Below are positions 53,450 through 64,000 of a DNA stretch of 64,000 nt, one piece after another. The first letter of the stretch is position 1; every line of letters starts with the position of its first letter. The stretch spans positions 36,270,001-36,334,000 of the forward strand of contig OX597819.1 in assembly GCA_951406725.2 (NCBI GenBank). Direction: 5' to 3'. Under the pieces are notes generated by a model. The model made no database searches and was not told the origin of the DNA. It saw only the letters and a program-made list of their open reading frames with translations. The DNA comes from Octopus vulgaris. Taxonomy: Eukaryota. The position numbers were made by a program, and so were the translations under genes.

Positions 53450-54850
53450 CCAGTATGTCTAAAGCTGCAAAGTTTTTCAAAATTGAACAAGGGAAGGTCT
53501 TTGCACTTAAAGTGGATGGAATGAGTAATCAGAAGATTGCTGTGAAGATCTTGTGAAGCAGGATGCCAGTGGGCAATTTTCTGAAAGATGCTGACAGTTA
53601 CAACAGGGTTCATGCTGCTGGATGTCCCAAGGCTACATTAGAAAGGGATGAAAGGGCTATTGTCAGAGCTGTGAATAAATCATGCTCTTCTTCTGTTTCC
53701 AAATTCAAGGCATCAGCAGGAATAAGACATCCACTGTATGAAGAGTGATTTTGAACTATGAAAACCACCCGAAGAAGCAGCTAGGTCGTCCATTGTTGTC
53801 CTCTTCCCACAAAGCTGTTAGATAGGGGTTTGTTCGGCAACATCAGATGTGGGATGATGAATGGACCAGGGTTCTTTTCTCTGATGAGAAAAAATGGAAT
53901 TTGGATGGCTTCAACGGTTATAAGTATTACTGGGCAGATAAATGTATACAAAATTCTACTTATTCCAAGTGGCAGAACAACGAAGGAGGTCTTTTGGTAT
54001 GGGGAGCAATATCTGCCAATAGGAGGCTACCACTTATCATCATGGATGGCCCTTTTCAATGCTGCATGATACAGCAATATGTTGGATGGGGCTCACATTG
54101 ATGAAGAAAGAAGGCTCCATGGTGAGGACTTCATATTTCAACAGGACAATGCTGCTATTCATAAAGTAAAGGCAACTTTGGATGTCCTCCCTGCAACTGA
54201 AGTCATGCCATGACCAGCAAGAAGTCTTGACCTTAATCCTATAGAGAATGCCTGAGGATATCTCATGAATGTTGTGTACAGTGAAGGCAAGCAGTATTCA
54301 TCTGTTGATGAACTTGAAACAGCAATAAAGAAGGCTGGGGAAGAGCTTCCATTTGAGCTGCTGCAGAAGTTGATTGGGAGCAGGAAATCACAAGTCTTTG
54401 AAGTAATTAAGAAAGGTGGTGGTCAAACACACTATTGTTGATATGTTGATCGTTGCCAGAGCGGCTATCTGGCCTCCGTGCCGGAAGCACATAAAAAATA
54501 CCATTTGAGTGTGATCGTTGAGCGAGGTTGTTGCCAGTGCCACCTGACTGGCCCTGTGCCGGTGGCACGTAAAAGCACCCACTACATTCTCGGAGTGGTT
54601 GGCGTTAGGAAGGGCATCCAGCTGTAGAAGCTCTGCCAGATCAAGATTGAAGCCTGGTGCAGCCATCTGGTTCGCCAGCCCTCAGTCACACGTCCAACCC
54701 ATGCTAGCATGGAAAGTGGATGTTAAACGATGATGATGATGATGATTGCATGAGAATATCATTGAAATATATCATATTTTCCCTGTTTCGTATCATTTTT
54801 GCAACATTATTCAACCTGGTGTTATAGTTTTGAACAAGGGGTTTCTGACT
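53450..54850 (+). mobile_element. Tc1/Tc3-like (DD34E) transposon, pseudogenised
   Basis: VLFSDEKKWNLDG, VWGAIS, FQQDNAAIH, PARSLDLNPIENA. Confidence 0.85.
54450..54746 (+). mobile_element. RTE-clade 3' fragment inserted in a Tc1 element
   Basis: Same 3' UTR and (GAT)n tail. Further reverse copies at 55270-55500 and 55953-56205. Confidence 0.8.
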
Positions 54851-56467
54851 CAATATGTTTTTTTAAAAATTATTATCTAATTTATTTTTGAATTTCAATA
54901 AATCTCAATCTTGCAATGCTTTCTATTTCATTTCTTATCCAGAGGTGAGTTTCATGGATTTGGGTAGCTATATTTCACCAGAAAAAAACAGACTGTACCC
55001 TGGCTTTATAGCTTTGAAGAGTAATTTATATATGGCAGGCTTCTTTCAGTTTTCGTCTACCATATTCACTCTCAACGCCCTGGTCAGCCAGAAGCTGTAG
55101 TAGAAGATATTTGCGATGAGTGGAACTGAACCTGGGACAGTGTGACTGAGAAGCAAGCTACTTACTACACAGCCACACCTGCATCTCTGTGTGTATCTAT
55201 CTATTGAGGAATAGAATCGGCACCAAAACATAACTGAAACCAATTTCCCAGTTATGATTCTATTTAGTTATCATCATCATCTTCGTTTAACATCTGTTTT
55301 CCATGCTAGCACAGGTTGGATGGTTCGACCGGGGATCTGGGAAGCTAGGAGGCTGCACCAGGCTCCAGTCTGATCTGGCAGTGTTTCTACAGCTGGATGC
55401 CCTTCATAACGCCAACCACTCCGTGAGGGTAGCGGGTGCTTTTTACGTGCCAATGGCACAGGTGCCAGAGGAGGCTGGCAGCGGCCACGATCGGTTGGTG
55501 ATGAATGCGTGTGAGTGTGTGTGTGTGTGCGTGTGTGTGCGCATGTGTGTGTATATGTATGTGTATATGTGAGCATGTGAGTGTGTGTGTGTGTGTGTGA
55601 GTGTGTGTATATATCAAAAAGAAGGAGGCAGTCAGAATTTTGGATTATTCTTTATTAGCATTCTTATTCATTTAACCAAACTCTTCAAGATAATAAAACT
55701 AAGATAATATAACAAAGTTTCTTCCTCTCTTATATAAATTGAAAAACAGATGTTGTTTTGTCTTGTTTGGAAGATGAAAAATTTTGTTTTTTGGAGAAAT
55801 CAAAGAGGGAGGTTTCTTTTCAATTATATTGTATCAATGTGGTCAGCCCATTGGAATTTAATTATATAATTCAAGATGTTATTTTTGATTCAGTCACTGT
55901 TTTCGAGAGCATCTCTTTCTCTCCTCTTTTTCTCCTCATTGTATTCATATTAACATCATCATCATCATCTTTTAACGTCCGCGCTGGCATGGGTTGGACA
56001 GTTTGACTGAAGACTAGCCAGCCAGGAGGCTGCACCAGGCCTCATCTGATCTGGCAAGGTTTCTACAGCTGGATGCCCTTCCTAACACCAACCACTCTGA
56101 GAGTGTAGTGGGTGCTTTTTATGTGCCAGTATCACTGGGGCCAGTCAGGCAGTACTGTCAATGACCACGTTTGAATGGTGCTTTTTATGTGTCACTGACA
56201 TGGGACAAATATACACATTACGATTGGAAAAATGAAATATATGTGGTCAACCCATTGAAATTTAATTGCATTTCAAGATGACATATCAATTAATATACAG
56301 GTTGAGAAACAGACTTGTCATTCCCCTCCTCCCCATCCCACTGGTCTCAAAGTTACTATAAGTGCCTTATAACCATCAATGATCTTTCATAGAGACTTCA
56401 GATACAAAACATTAACAAAACTGCACTGAAAGGCCCAGAAAATACATTCATCCTGTTCAATTGCATG

Positions 56468-56790
56468 AAGGTGCATGGGTCAGCGGTTAGAGCTTCAGGC
56501 TCACAATCATGAAGTAATGAGTTCAATTCTCAGACTGGGCTGTGTGTTGTGTTCTTGATCAAGACACTTTATTTCACATTGCTCCAGTTCAGTCAGCTGT
56601 AGAAATGAGTTATGACTGGTGCCAAGCTGTATTGGCCTTTGCCTTTTCTTTTGATAACATCAGTGGTGTAAAGAGGGGAGGCTGGTATACATGGGCGACT
56701 GCTGGTCTTCCATAAACAACCCTGCCCAGACTTGTACCTTGGAGGGTAACTTTGTAGGTGTAATATCATGGTCATTCATGACTAAAGTGC
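56468..56790 (+). mobile_element. SINE family D
   Basis: Matches 29208-29545. Confidence 0.85.
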
Positions 56791-56802
56791 AGTCTTTATC
56801 TT

Positions 56803-56990
56803 TTCTTCTTCTTCTTCTTTTTAACCGCTCAGTCGAAGTCGACTCTCGGTCACTCATTGGATCAGTGTCCTCCAGTCAGTTCTATCCTGGGCCGCTTCTT
56901 TCAGATTGGCTATGTCCATTCCGGTATCACTCTTGATGGTGTCAAGCCAGCAGGTTCTTGGTCGGCCTCTTCCTCTTCCTCTTTACCCTT
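56803..56990 (-). mobile_element. Third RTE (BovB-like) family, C-terminal fragment
   Basis: WLDTIKSDTGMDIANLKEAAQDRTDWRTLI*VTESRLRL with (GAA)n tail. Confidence 0.7.
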
Positions 56991-57914
56991 TAATCAATTG
57001 CTAAACCTCTAAGACTTACATGAGAATATTGCTAACAAATGTGGAACAGTATTGTTACTGTTGCTACTCAGACAATCATTAACTGCGTCTTCTGAAAAGG
57101 CTATCCCACTATTTGGCAATGAACCACAAACTAACTAGTTGTAAGTTCTCTCTTTTTCTTGTTATCTTTACTGTTCTCTTCTCTCAGACTCAGCAGTTAA
57201 CCTTTCACATGGCTCTTTCACTCCAGAAATGTGATAATCTAGAATACCTTTGTCCCACCATCCTTTTTGTCTGCAGCCCAATGACTTGTGGAAAGTGTGA
57301 TTGACATCAAATGAAGATAGAGACTCTCAAGAATCAAAAATTGTCTGAAATTGACATACCATGAAGAAGACAATCTGATTGTCTAGGGGTAAGAAAAAAG
57401 ACAGCAGTGGACACATGGTTCTGTGGTGCTGATGATGCCTATTTTGACAGAAACATGGGATCTTTTCGGTTTGAATAGCAGTTTTTAACATAATTTCTAG
57501 GTAACTAAAAAATTTTAAACTTCGTATACTGGTAGAATGTGATTATAAAACATCTTTTTCTCTTGGCTTTATTGAGAAAATTCTATAGTTTGTAAGATAT
57601 TTGTTGTTTTTTTTCTTCAATATCTACAATTCCAACCAATCATTAACGTCTATTGAGGTAAAAAACATTCTGTGCCGTATGAATATGTCCCTCGTTTAAG
57701 AAACAGATTGAGTTTATTTACATTTGTGAAATTTACATGTCCGGAAGTAGAGAGACGTGTCACTAAAGAGATTGCAACAATGAAATACTTATTTGGCAAA
57801 AAAAGAAATGACAACACTAGCAATACTGAACATTTGAACGATTAACTGTTTGACCAAAGTGTTTAACATATGAGTTTGAAAAACTAGTGAAAAATGGCTA
57901 ATCAATAAATTGGC

Positions 57915-58331
57915 GGATCTTTTTGGTTTGAACGGCAGTTTTTTCTAGCGGTGTCATATGAAATTGTCACCCATAATTATGACCCTAGTATCGATCTATT
58001 GCATTTCAATCTGTTTTAGGGTTAGGGTTAGGGGTGGGGGGAAGGGTATCTTTTTTTTTTTCACAAATGTAAATAAACCCAATCTGTTTCTTAAACAAGG
58101 GACATATTCATATGGCACAGAATGCTTTTTAACTCAATAGATGTCAGTGATTGGTTGAAATTGCAGAAATTGAAGAAAAAAAACAACAAATATCTTATAA
58201 ACTATAGAATTTTCTCAATAAAGCCAAGAGAAAAAGATGTTTTATAAACACATTCTACCAGTATATGAAGTTTAAAATTTTTAGTTACCTAGAAATTATG
58301 TTAAAAACTGCCGTTCAAACCGAAAAGATCC
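57915..58331 (+). mobile_element. Merlin-like MITE carrying TTAGGG repeats
   Basis: Same TIRs; 8-bp TSD aaattggc. An inverted partial copy lies at 57458-57735. Confidence 0.85.
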
Positions 58332-58824
58332 AAATTGGCTAACAGAGTAACTAACCCATTAACTAACAATAACAATAAAGGACCAAACCAGTGTGTGTGT
58401 TTTGTTATTACCAGCATAATGCCCCTCTCAAGGTTCAATAGTATTTCTTTCAACTTACGAATTCACATCAAGAATCTTGCAAACCAAATACAAATACGAA
58501 CTATAACACTTGTGTATTAATAATTGAGTATTCTACCAGCAGTATATTGGATAGATATTATCCCTTAGTTGGTTAGATTCACAACCTCTAACTTTCTTGG
58601 AATCAAAATACATATATATGTATATATCATCATCATCATGTGCCACTGGCACAGGTGCCAATTTGTGTAACATTGGTATCTGCCATGACTGTGATTTTGC
58701 TTGGCTTGATGGGTCTTCTTCTCAAGCACAACATAATGCCAAAGGTCTCAGTCATTGCCTCTGCGAGGCCCAACAGTAAAAAGGAACTGAGTCACTTTGC
58801 CTCTCAAAATACATATATATGTAT

Positions 58825-60975
58825 ATATCATCATCATCATCATTTAATGTCTGTTGTCCATGGTGACATAGGTTGCACAGTTTGACCGGGCTGACACACT
58901 GGAAGGCTGCACTAGACTCCAGTTTAATTTGGCATGGTTTTTTATGGCTGGATGCCCTTTCTAATGCCAACCACTCTAAGAGTGTAATGGGTGCTTCTAT
59001 GTGCCACTGGCATGGGTGTCATTTGCATGACACAAGGGTGCTTTTATGTGCCACTGGCACAGGTGCCAATTTGTGTAACATTGGTGTCTGCCATGACTGT
59101 GATTTTGCTTGGCTTGATGGGTCTTCTTCTCAAGCACAACATAATGCCAAAGTTCTCAGTCATTGCCTCTGCGAGGCCCAACAGTAAAAAGGAACTGAGT
59201 CACTTTGCCTCTCTGAGGCCCAACGCTCAAAAGGAATTCAGCTACTTTGCCTCTGTGAGGCCTGACACTTGAACTCAGCCACTTTGCCTCCATGAGGCCC
59301 ACTGCCTCCCAGCATGGGTGCACTTGGTTTGATGGGTCCTCTCAAGCACAACACATGGTCAAAGGTCTTGGTCACTAGTCATTGCCTCTGTGAGGTTCAA
59401 AGTTTGAAGATCATGCTTCACCATCTCGATCTATGGCTTCCTGAGTCTACCTCTACCACAGGTTCCCTCCACAGTTAGAGATTGACACTTCTTTACACAG
59501 CTGTCCTCATCCATAGGTATCACATGACCACGCCAGTGCAGTCATCTCTCTTGCACACCACATCTGATGCCTCTTATGCCTAGCTTTTCTCTCAAGATAC
59601 TTACACACTCTTATTTCTTTATTGCCCACAAGGGGCTAAACATAGAGGAGACAAACAAAGGGATTAAGTTGATTACGTCTACCCCAGTGCATAACTGGTA
59701 CTTAATTTATTAACCCCCGAAAGGATGAAAGGCAAAGTTGACCTCGGCGGAATTTGAACTCAGGATGTAACGGCAGATGAAATACCACTAAGCATTTCGC
59801 TCGGCGTGCTAATGTTTCTGCCAGCTTGCTTACACACTCTGTTGAGCATGCACATTGACATTGCACATCCAGCGAAGCATACTGGCTTCATTTCTTTCAA
59901 GCCTATGCATGTCCTTGGCTGTCACAGCCTTTGTTTCACTGCCATGCAGCATAGCTGTTTGCACACAGGCATCAAACAATCTCCGTTTCATTCTGGGAGA
60001 GAGGCCCTTTGTTACCAACAGAGGTAGGAGCTCTTTGAACTTTGCCCATTCTAATCTTATTTACATAGTTATGCTCTCAGAGTATCCAACTCCCCTACTA
60101 ACATGGTCACTTAGATAACTGAAGCTATCTACTACCTGTAGCTTGCTCCCCCCGGCAGTTGATGGAGTCTGTTTTCTGTCCATTTTAAGCATTTAATGTA
60201 CCTGTGCATCTTTTGCATACAAAAGCTAGTTTCCCTGTTAACCTTCCCTTGATATAGATGCATCTTTTATGAGTCCAAAGCTTACACTGACTGCATCTTA
60301 TGGAGTTTCTACGTACACCTTTTCTACAGATTAAGCAGGGTTATCTACCTGAAGGGATTTGTGATTTGTTTGCCTTCCTGCTTACTAAGACTTTGGTTTT
60401 TGCTAGGTTTACTCTAAGGCCCTTTGATTCTAAACCTTGCTGCCATACATGGAACTTCTTCTCTAGTTCAGGTAGTGATTCAGTTATAAGAGCAAGGTCA
60501 TCAACATAGAGGAGCTTCCAGGGGCAGCCTGTCTTGAATTCCTCTGTTATTGCCTGGAGGACTATGATGAACAAGAGGGGGATGAGCACTGATCCTTGGT
60601 GAACCCCTAATTGTACCCTGAATTCTTCACTGTATTCATTGTCAATCCTCACCTTACTGGTAGCATCCGTGTACATAGCTTGTACAGTTCTCACCAACCA
60701 CTCGCCTAGCCCTAGTTTCTGCATTGACCACCAAATAAGGACTGGGGGGGGGACTCTGTCAGAGGCTTTCTCCAAGTCAACAAAGGCCAAATACAGACGT
60801 TTATCTTTGGCTATGTATTTTTCCTGCAGCTACATCACCAGAAATATAGCATCAGAGGTGCTTCTCTCTGGTACAAAAGCAAACTGCATCTCATCTAAGC
60901 TAACTCTCTCCCTAATTAGTTGGGTTATGACTCTGTAACTTTCATCACCTGATCCAGCAATTTGATACCTCTATA
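58825..60975 (-). mobile_element. RTE-clade LINE with decayed reverse transcriptase
   Basis: NYRGIKLL, MAFVDLEKA, GVHQGSVL.PLLFIIVL, LLYVDDL, GLRVNLAKTK; (GAT)n tail. Confidence 0.9.
59612..59830 (-). mobile_element. SINE family A inserted into an RTE LINE
   Basis: Flanked by the duplication cttacacactct. Confidence 0.9.
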
Positions 60976-61564
60976 ATTATATGTGTGTGTGTGTGTGCGT
61001 GTGTGTGCGTATGTGTCTATGTATGTGTGTGTGTGAGTGTATGTGTGTGTATATATGTATATATGCATATATATACATGTATATATGTGTATACATACAT
61101 ATATACACACACTTCTATTTTCTCCATAAGAAATTCTTAAAATAAAGGTAGATAAATCTTTTAAATAATTTCTTGGAACATATTTACTTCCCTTACTTTC
61201 CCTCCCTTCATCCCCTTCCGTTTCTCTTATTTTTCTTTTTTCTCTATCTTGCTTTACGTTCCTCTCCCCTTTTGTCTTTCTTTACCTCCCCTTCCCCATC
61301 TCTATTTGTCTTTGTTTACATTCCTCCTTGCTCTATATCTGCCTTTCTTTATCTTTCCCCGCTCTCTCTATTTGTCTTTCTTTTACATTCCTCCTTGCTC
61401 TATATCTGCCTTTCTTTATCTTTCGCCCCTCTGTCTCTATTTGTCTTTCTTTTACATTCCTCCCCTTCTATTTTGCTTCTATTACATTCGCCCTCCTCTA
61501 TCTGCATCTGTTTCCTCCTCTCCCCTCTACCTGCATCATATATACATACATACATATATATAGT

Positions 61565-62010
61565 ACAATAGGAGTGTGTACATGTATATCCACGTGGTCT
61601 GTTCGACCAATTAGAAAGCAGCACCGGGCCACATCTTTTTCTCTCCCTCCATTGATAACGGTATGGTGCTGCGGGAAGTGTGTTGTTCCATGCAGTGGAC
61701 AAGAGGCTGGGGGTAGTTACAAAGTCGGTACAAACAAAACTACCAAAGAGGAAGTCAGAGGGGGGAGACTACACTCTTACCCCTCTTTCATCACACAGAA
61801 ACAGAACGAGGTTAACGCAACCAATACTAATAACAATAATATTAATACTACTATTAGTAAAATTAAAAGAAATAATTCTATTACGTCACCTGAAATTGGC
61901 AATTTGTTGTTCTCGAACAGAACACTTCTGGCTACATTCCGATGGCCGAAATGTTGGCAGGAAGAACATTATAGGATTTCTCACTTTTAACTTCGTCAAT
62001 TCTGTAGGTA
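61565..62010 (+). promoter_or_regulatory. Possible promoter or first-exon region of a downstream gene
   Basis: Non-repetitive, relatively CpG-rich sequence with CACGTG, CCAAT and TTACGTCA motifs, and a possible donor tag|gtattt near 62008. Motifs only. Confidence 0.25.
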
Positions 62011-64000
62011 TTTTGTTTTTGCACCGTTTATATTTATTTGTTATTTGTTGACTATTTAGTTCCTTTTATGTAAAAGGAGGATTTTTGGAAGCATCGTTAC
62101 CATACCGAGAGAATACTTTCAAACCAGCATCTGTCCTCTCCCTCGCATCCATGTATATAATATATGTATCTTAGTTGCCTGAAATCAAGAAAAACATTCT
62201 CATTATTTGCTCTCTCTTTTTATATATTTAAATAATATAGAAACACGTAGAACTTTTCCTGTTTGTTTTAAAAACATGGAATCAATACATCTTTAAGAAT
62301 GATGGAATAAACCAGGAGGAATTGTACGAGTGTGATTGTGTGTGTGAGAATAAAATGTGAACTACGATCCCATAACAACAACATGTAGTAAATATAACAT
62401 TACTTTCAGCCTTTTAAAATCCTTGATACAAACAAAACTAAGATTAGGAGTAGCTGTTTTAACTATGTTTTTATAATTAATTAAGCCTACTTGGGACGTT
62501 TCTTACCTTTGATAATAAACTCTAGAATGGGAACTTGTCCGCCTAGTAATCGTTTTATCTTTTGTTATTTCTCATCTTTTATTGTTCTTTTAGCCCAAAC
62601 GATAGTTTTGTGGTCTTGATTTTTTTTTTTCACACTAGTAATGCTCCACAATCAATTTTTGTTGGGATCGTTGCTTTTATAAGAATGCCTCGCTTTTTAA
62701 AAATTTGGATTTTAATATATTAATTTTTTTTTTTTGTGATTTGAAATTATCACCTGCCTACTTTAGACACCATTGTTTGTGTGTACTATACATACATACA
62801 TACATATATATATATATTCACATATTGATTATATATACATATCGATTTGTACACATAATTAACACACGCATATCGTTTCTTGTGTAATTTTTATTGCTAA
62901 TTAATTTATTTTACCTTCAAATATTTCCGTGATGTAATTTCCTATTTTTATCAACGAGTTAAATATATCATCATGTATTAATTAGCAAATACATTACATC
63001 ATTTAATTAATTATTGATCTGCTCACATATTTTCGATATATTTATCTTATTAATCGTAAAACTGATGTTTATCTAAGTGGTTTAAATTGCAGGACTTTCT
63101 AGGGCATTGCTGAGTCAGAGACGTTTATTTAGGGACCAACTTACATCTAGCTACCTTTATTATTTTTAGAGAGTGTTACATTTGCTATTTGGATATATTT
63201 CACCGATATTGCCCCTTAACTGTCTACACTTACCCTTGTGCTCGGTAATTCGCACCTGCTGACAGTGTTTATCAATATAGCAGTATACACACACACATGT
63301 GACAATGTTTATTTTCTGTTAATGAAATTGTCTAATACACAGAGGACTTTTAAGTATTGGTTTGTGTTCAAATCCCTCTAGATTTTATTTCGTATATTTA
63401 TGATATAACTTGAAGAAGGTACACCTTTGTAAATGGGTGGACTGTTTAATGCTAACAAAACATTGTAGTGGTCTATTGAATTGAGATGTAATGACATCCT
63501 TGTAGATGCCTTTTTATTAGGATTGTAGACCGTTAGTACTCCTGAGATCGCGCGACTTGCTAGAAATAACTACCAAATCGCCTTGAAAAAACACTCTACT
63601 ATCTTGAAATACAGGACGCATTGGATAACGTATTCCTGGATACTTCTAAAATGTCAGGTTGGTCTTAGCTGGAACACTTTTGATCATGGACCTGTTTAAT
63701 CGAAAGTGACCAGATTCCATGGTTTTCTATGTATTATGGACCAAAATCGTGTTTTATTTTAGTTGAGAGACTAATTCCTTCTTGCATATGGTTAATCTTA
63801 CTTCAAAGTATTTATTCCCCACACTGATTGAAATTATTTCTGCTGAAAAGTATCTGAAATCTAAACAGATGTTTTAGACTAATCATACAGACACTGAAAG
63901 CTAATTCTTGTATAATAAAGCTATGAAGGATTTTGGCCAGCATCCACCTCAGAAAAATGTTCTAGCTGCCATCATAGAAATAAGAAAAGAAAAATTGATG

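Noticed and set aside
61173-61990. ORFs of 104-220 aa
   Set aside because: Driven largely by CT-rich low-complexity sequence with a short tandem duplication.

Overview
This is AT-rich, repeat-saturated metazoan DNA. The tRNA-derived SINE families and very dense microsatellites point to an octopod cephalopod, probably Octopus (my recognition, not a database result). Nearly all long ORFs in the track are microsatellite or transposon artefacts. The only well-supported host gene is the 5' part of a minus-strand RGS22/RGSL1-family gene: four phase-compatible exons at 34284-34251, 14863-14775, 5716-5541 and 4062-3803, with a GC-AG third intron, continuing off the left edge. The rest is SINEs, CR1 and RTE LINE ends, decayed Tc1/mariner copies, a Gypsy integrase relic, Merlin-like and Mutator-like MITEs, a Helentron/HINE-like element and minisatellites. 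The most notable feature is a set of minimal type I hammerhead ribozyme motifs in Penelope-like relics, mostly beside (TA)n tracts. One intact core lies in a 461-bp near-perfect palindrome (24827-25287), so it is encoded on both strands. Five decayed or variant cores occur elsewhere. A ~120-nt highly structured element with a fixed 5' end also appears twice within (TA)n.
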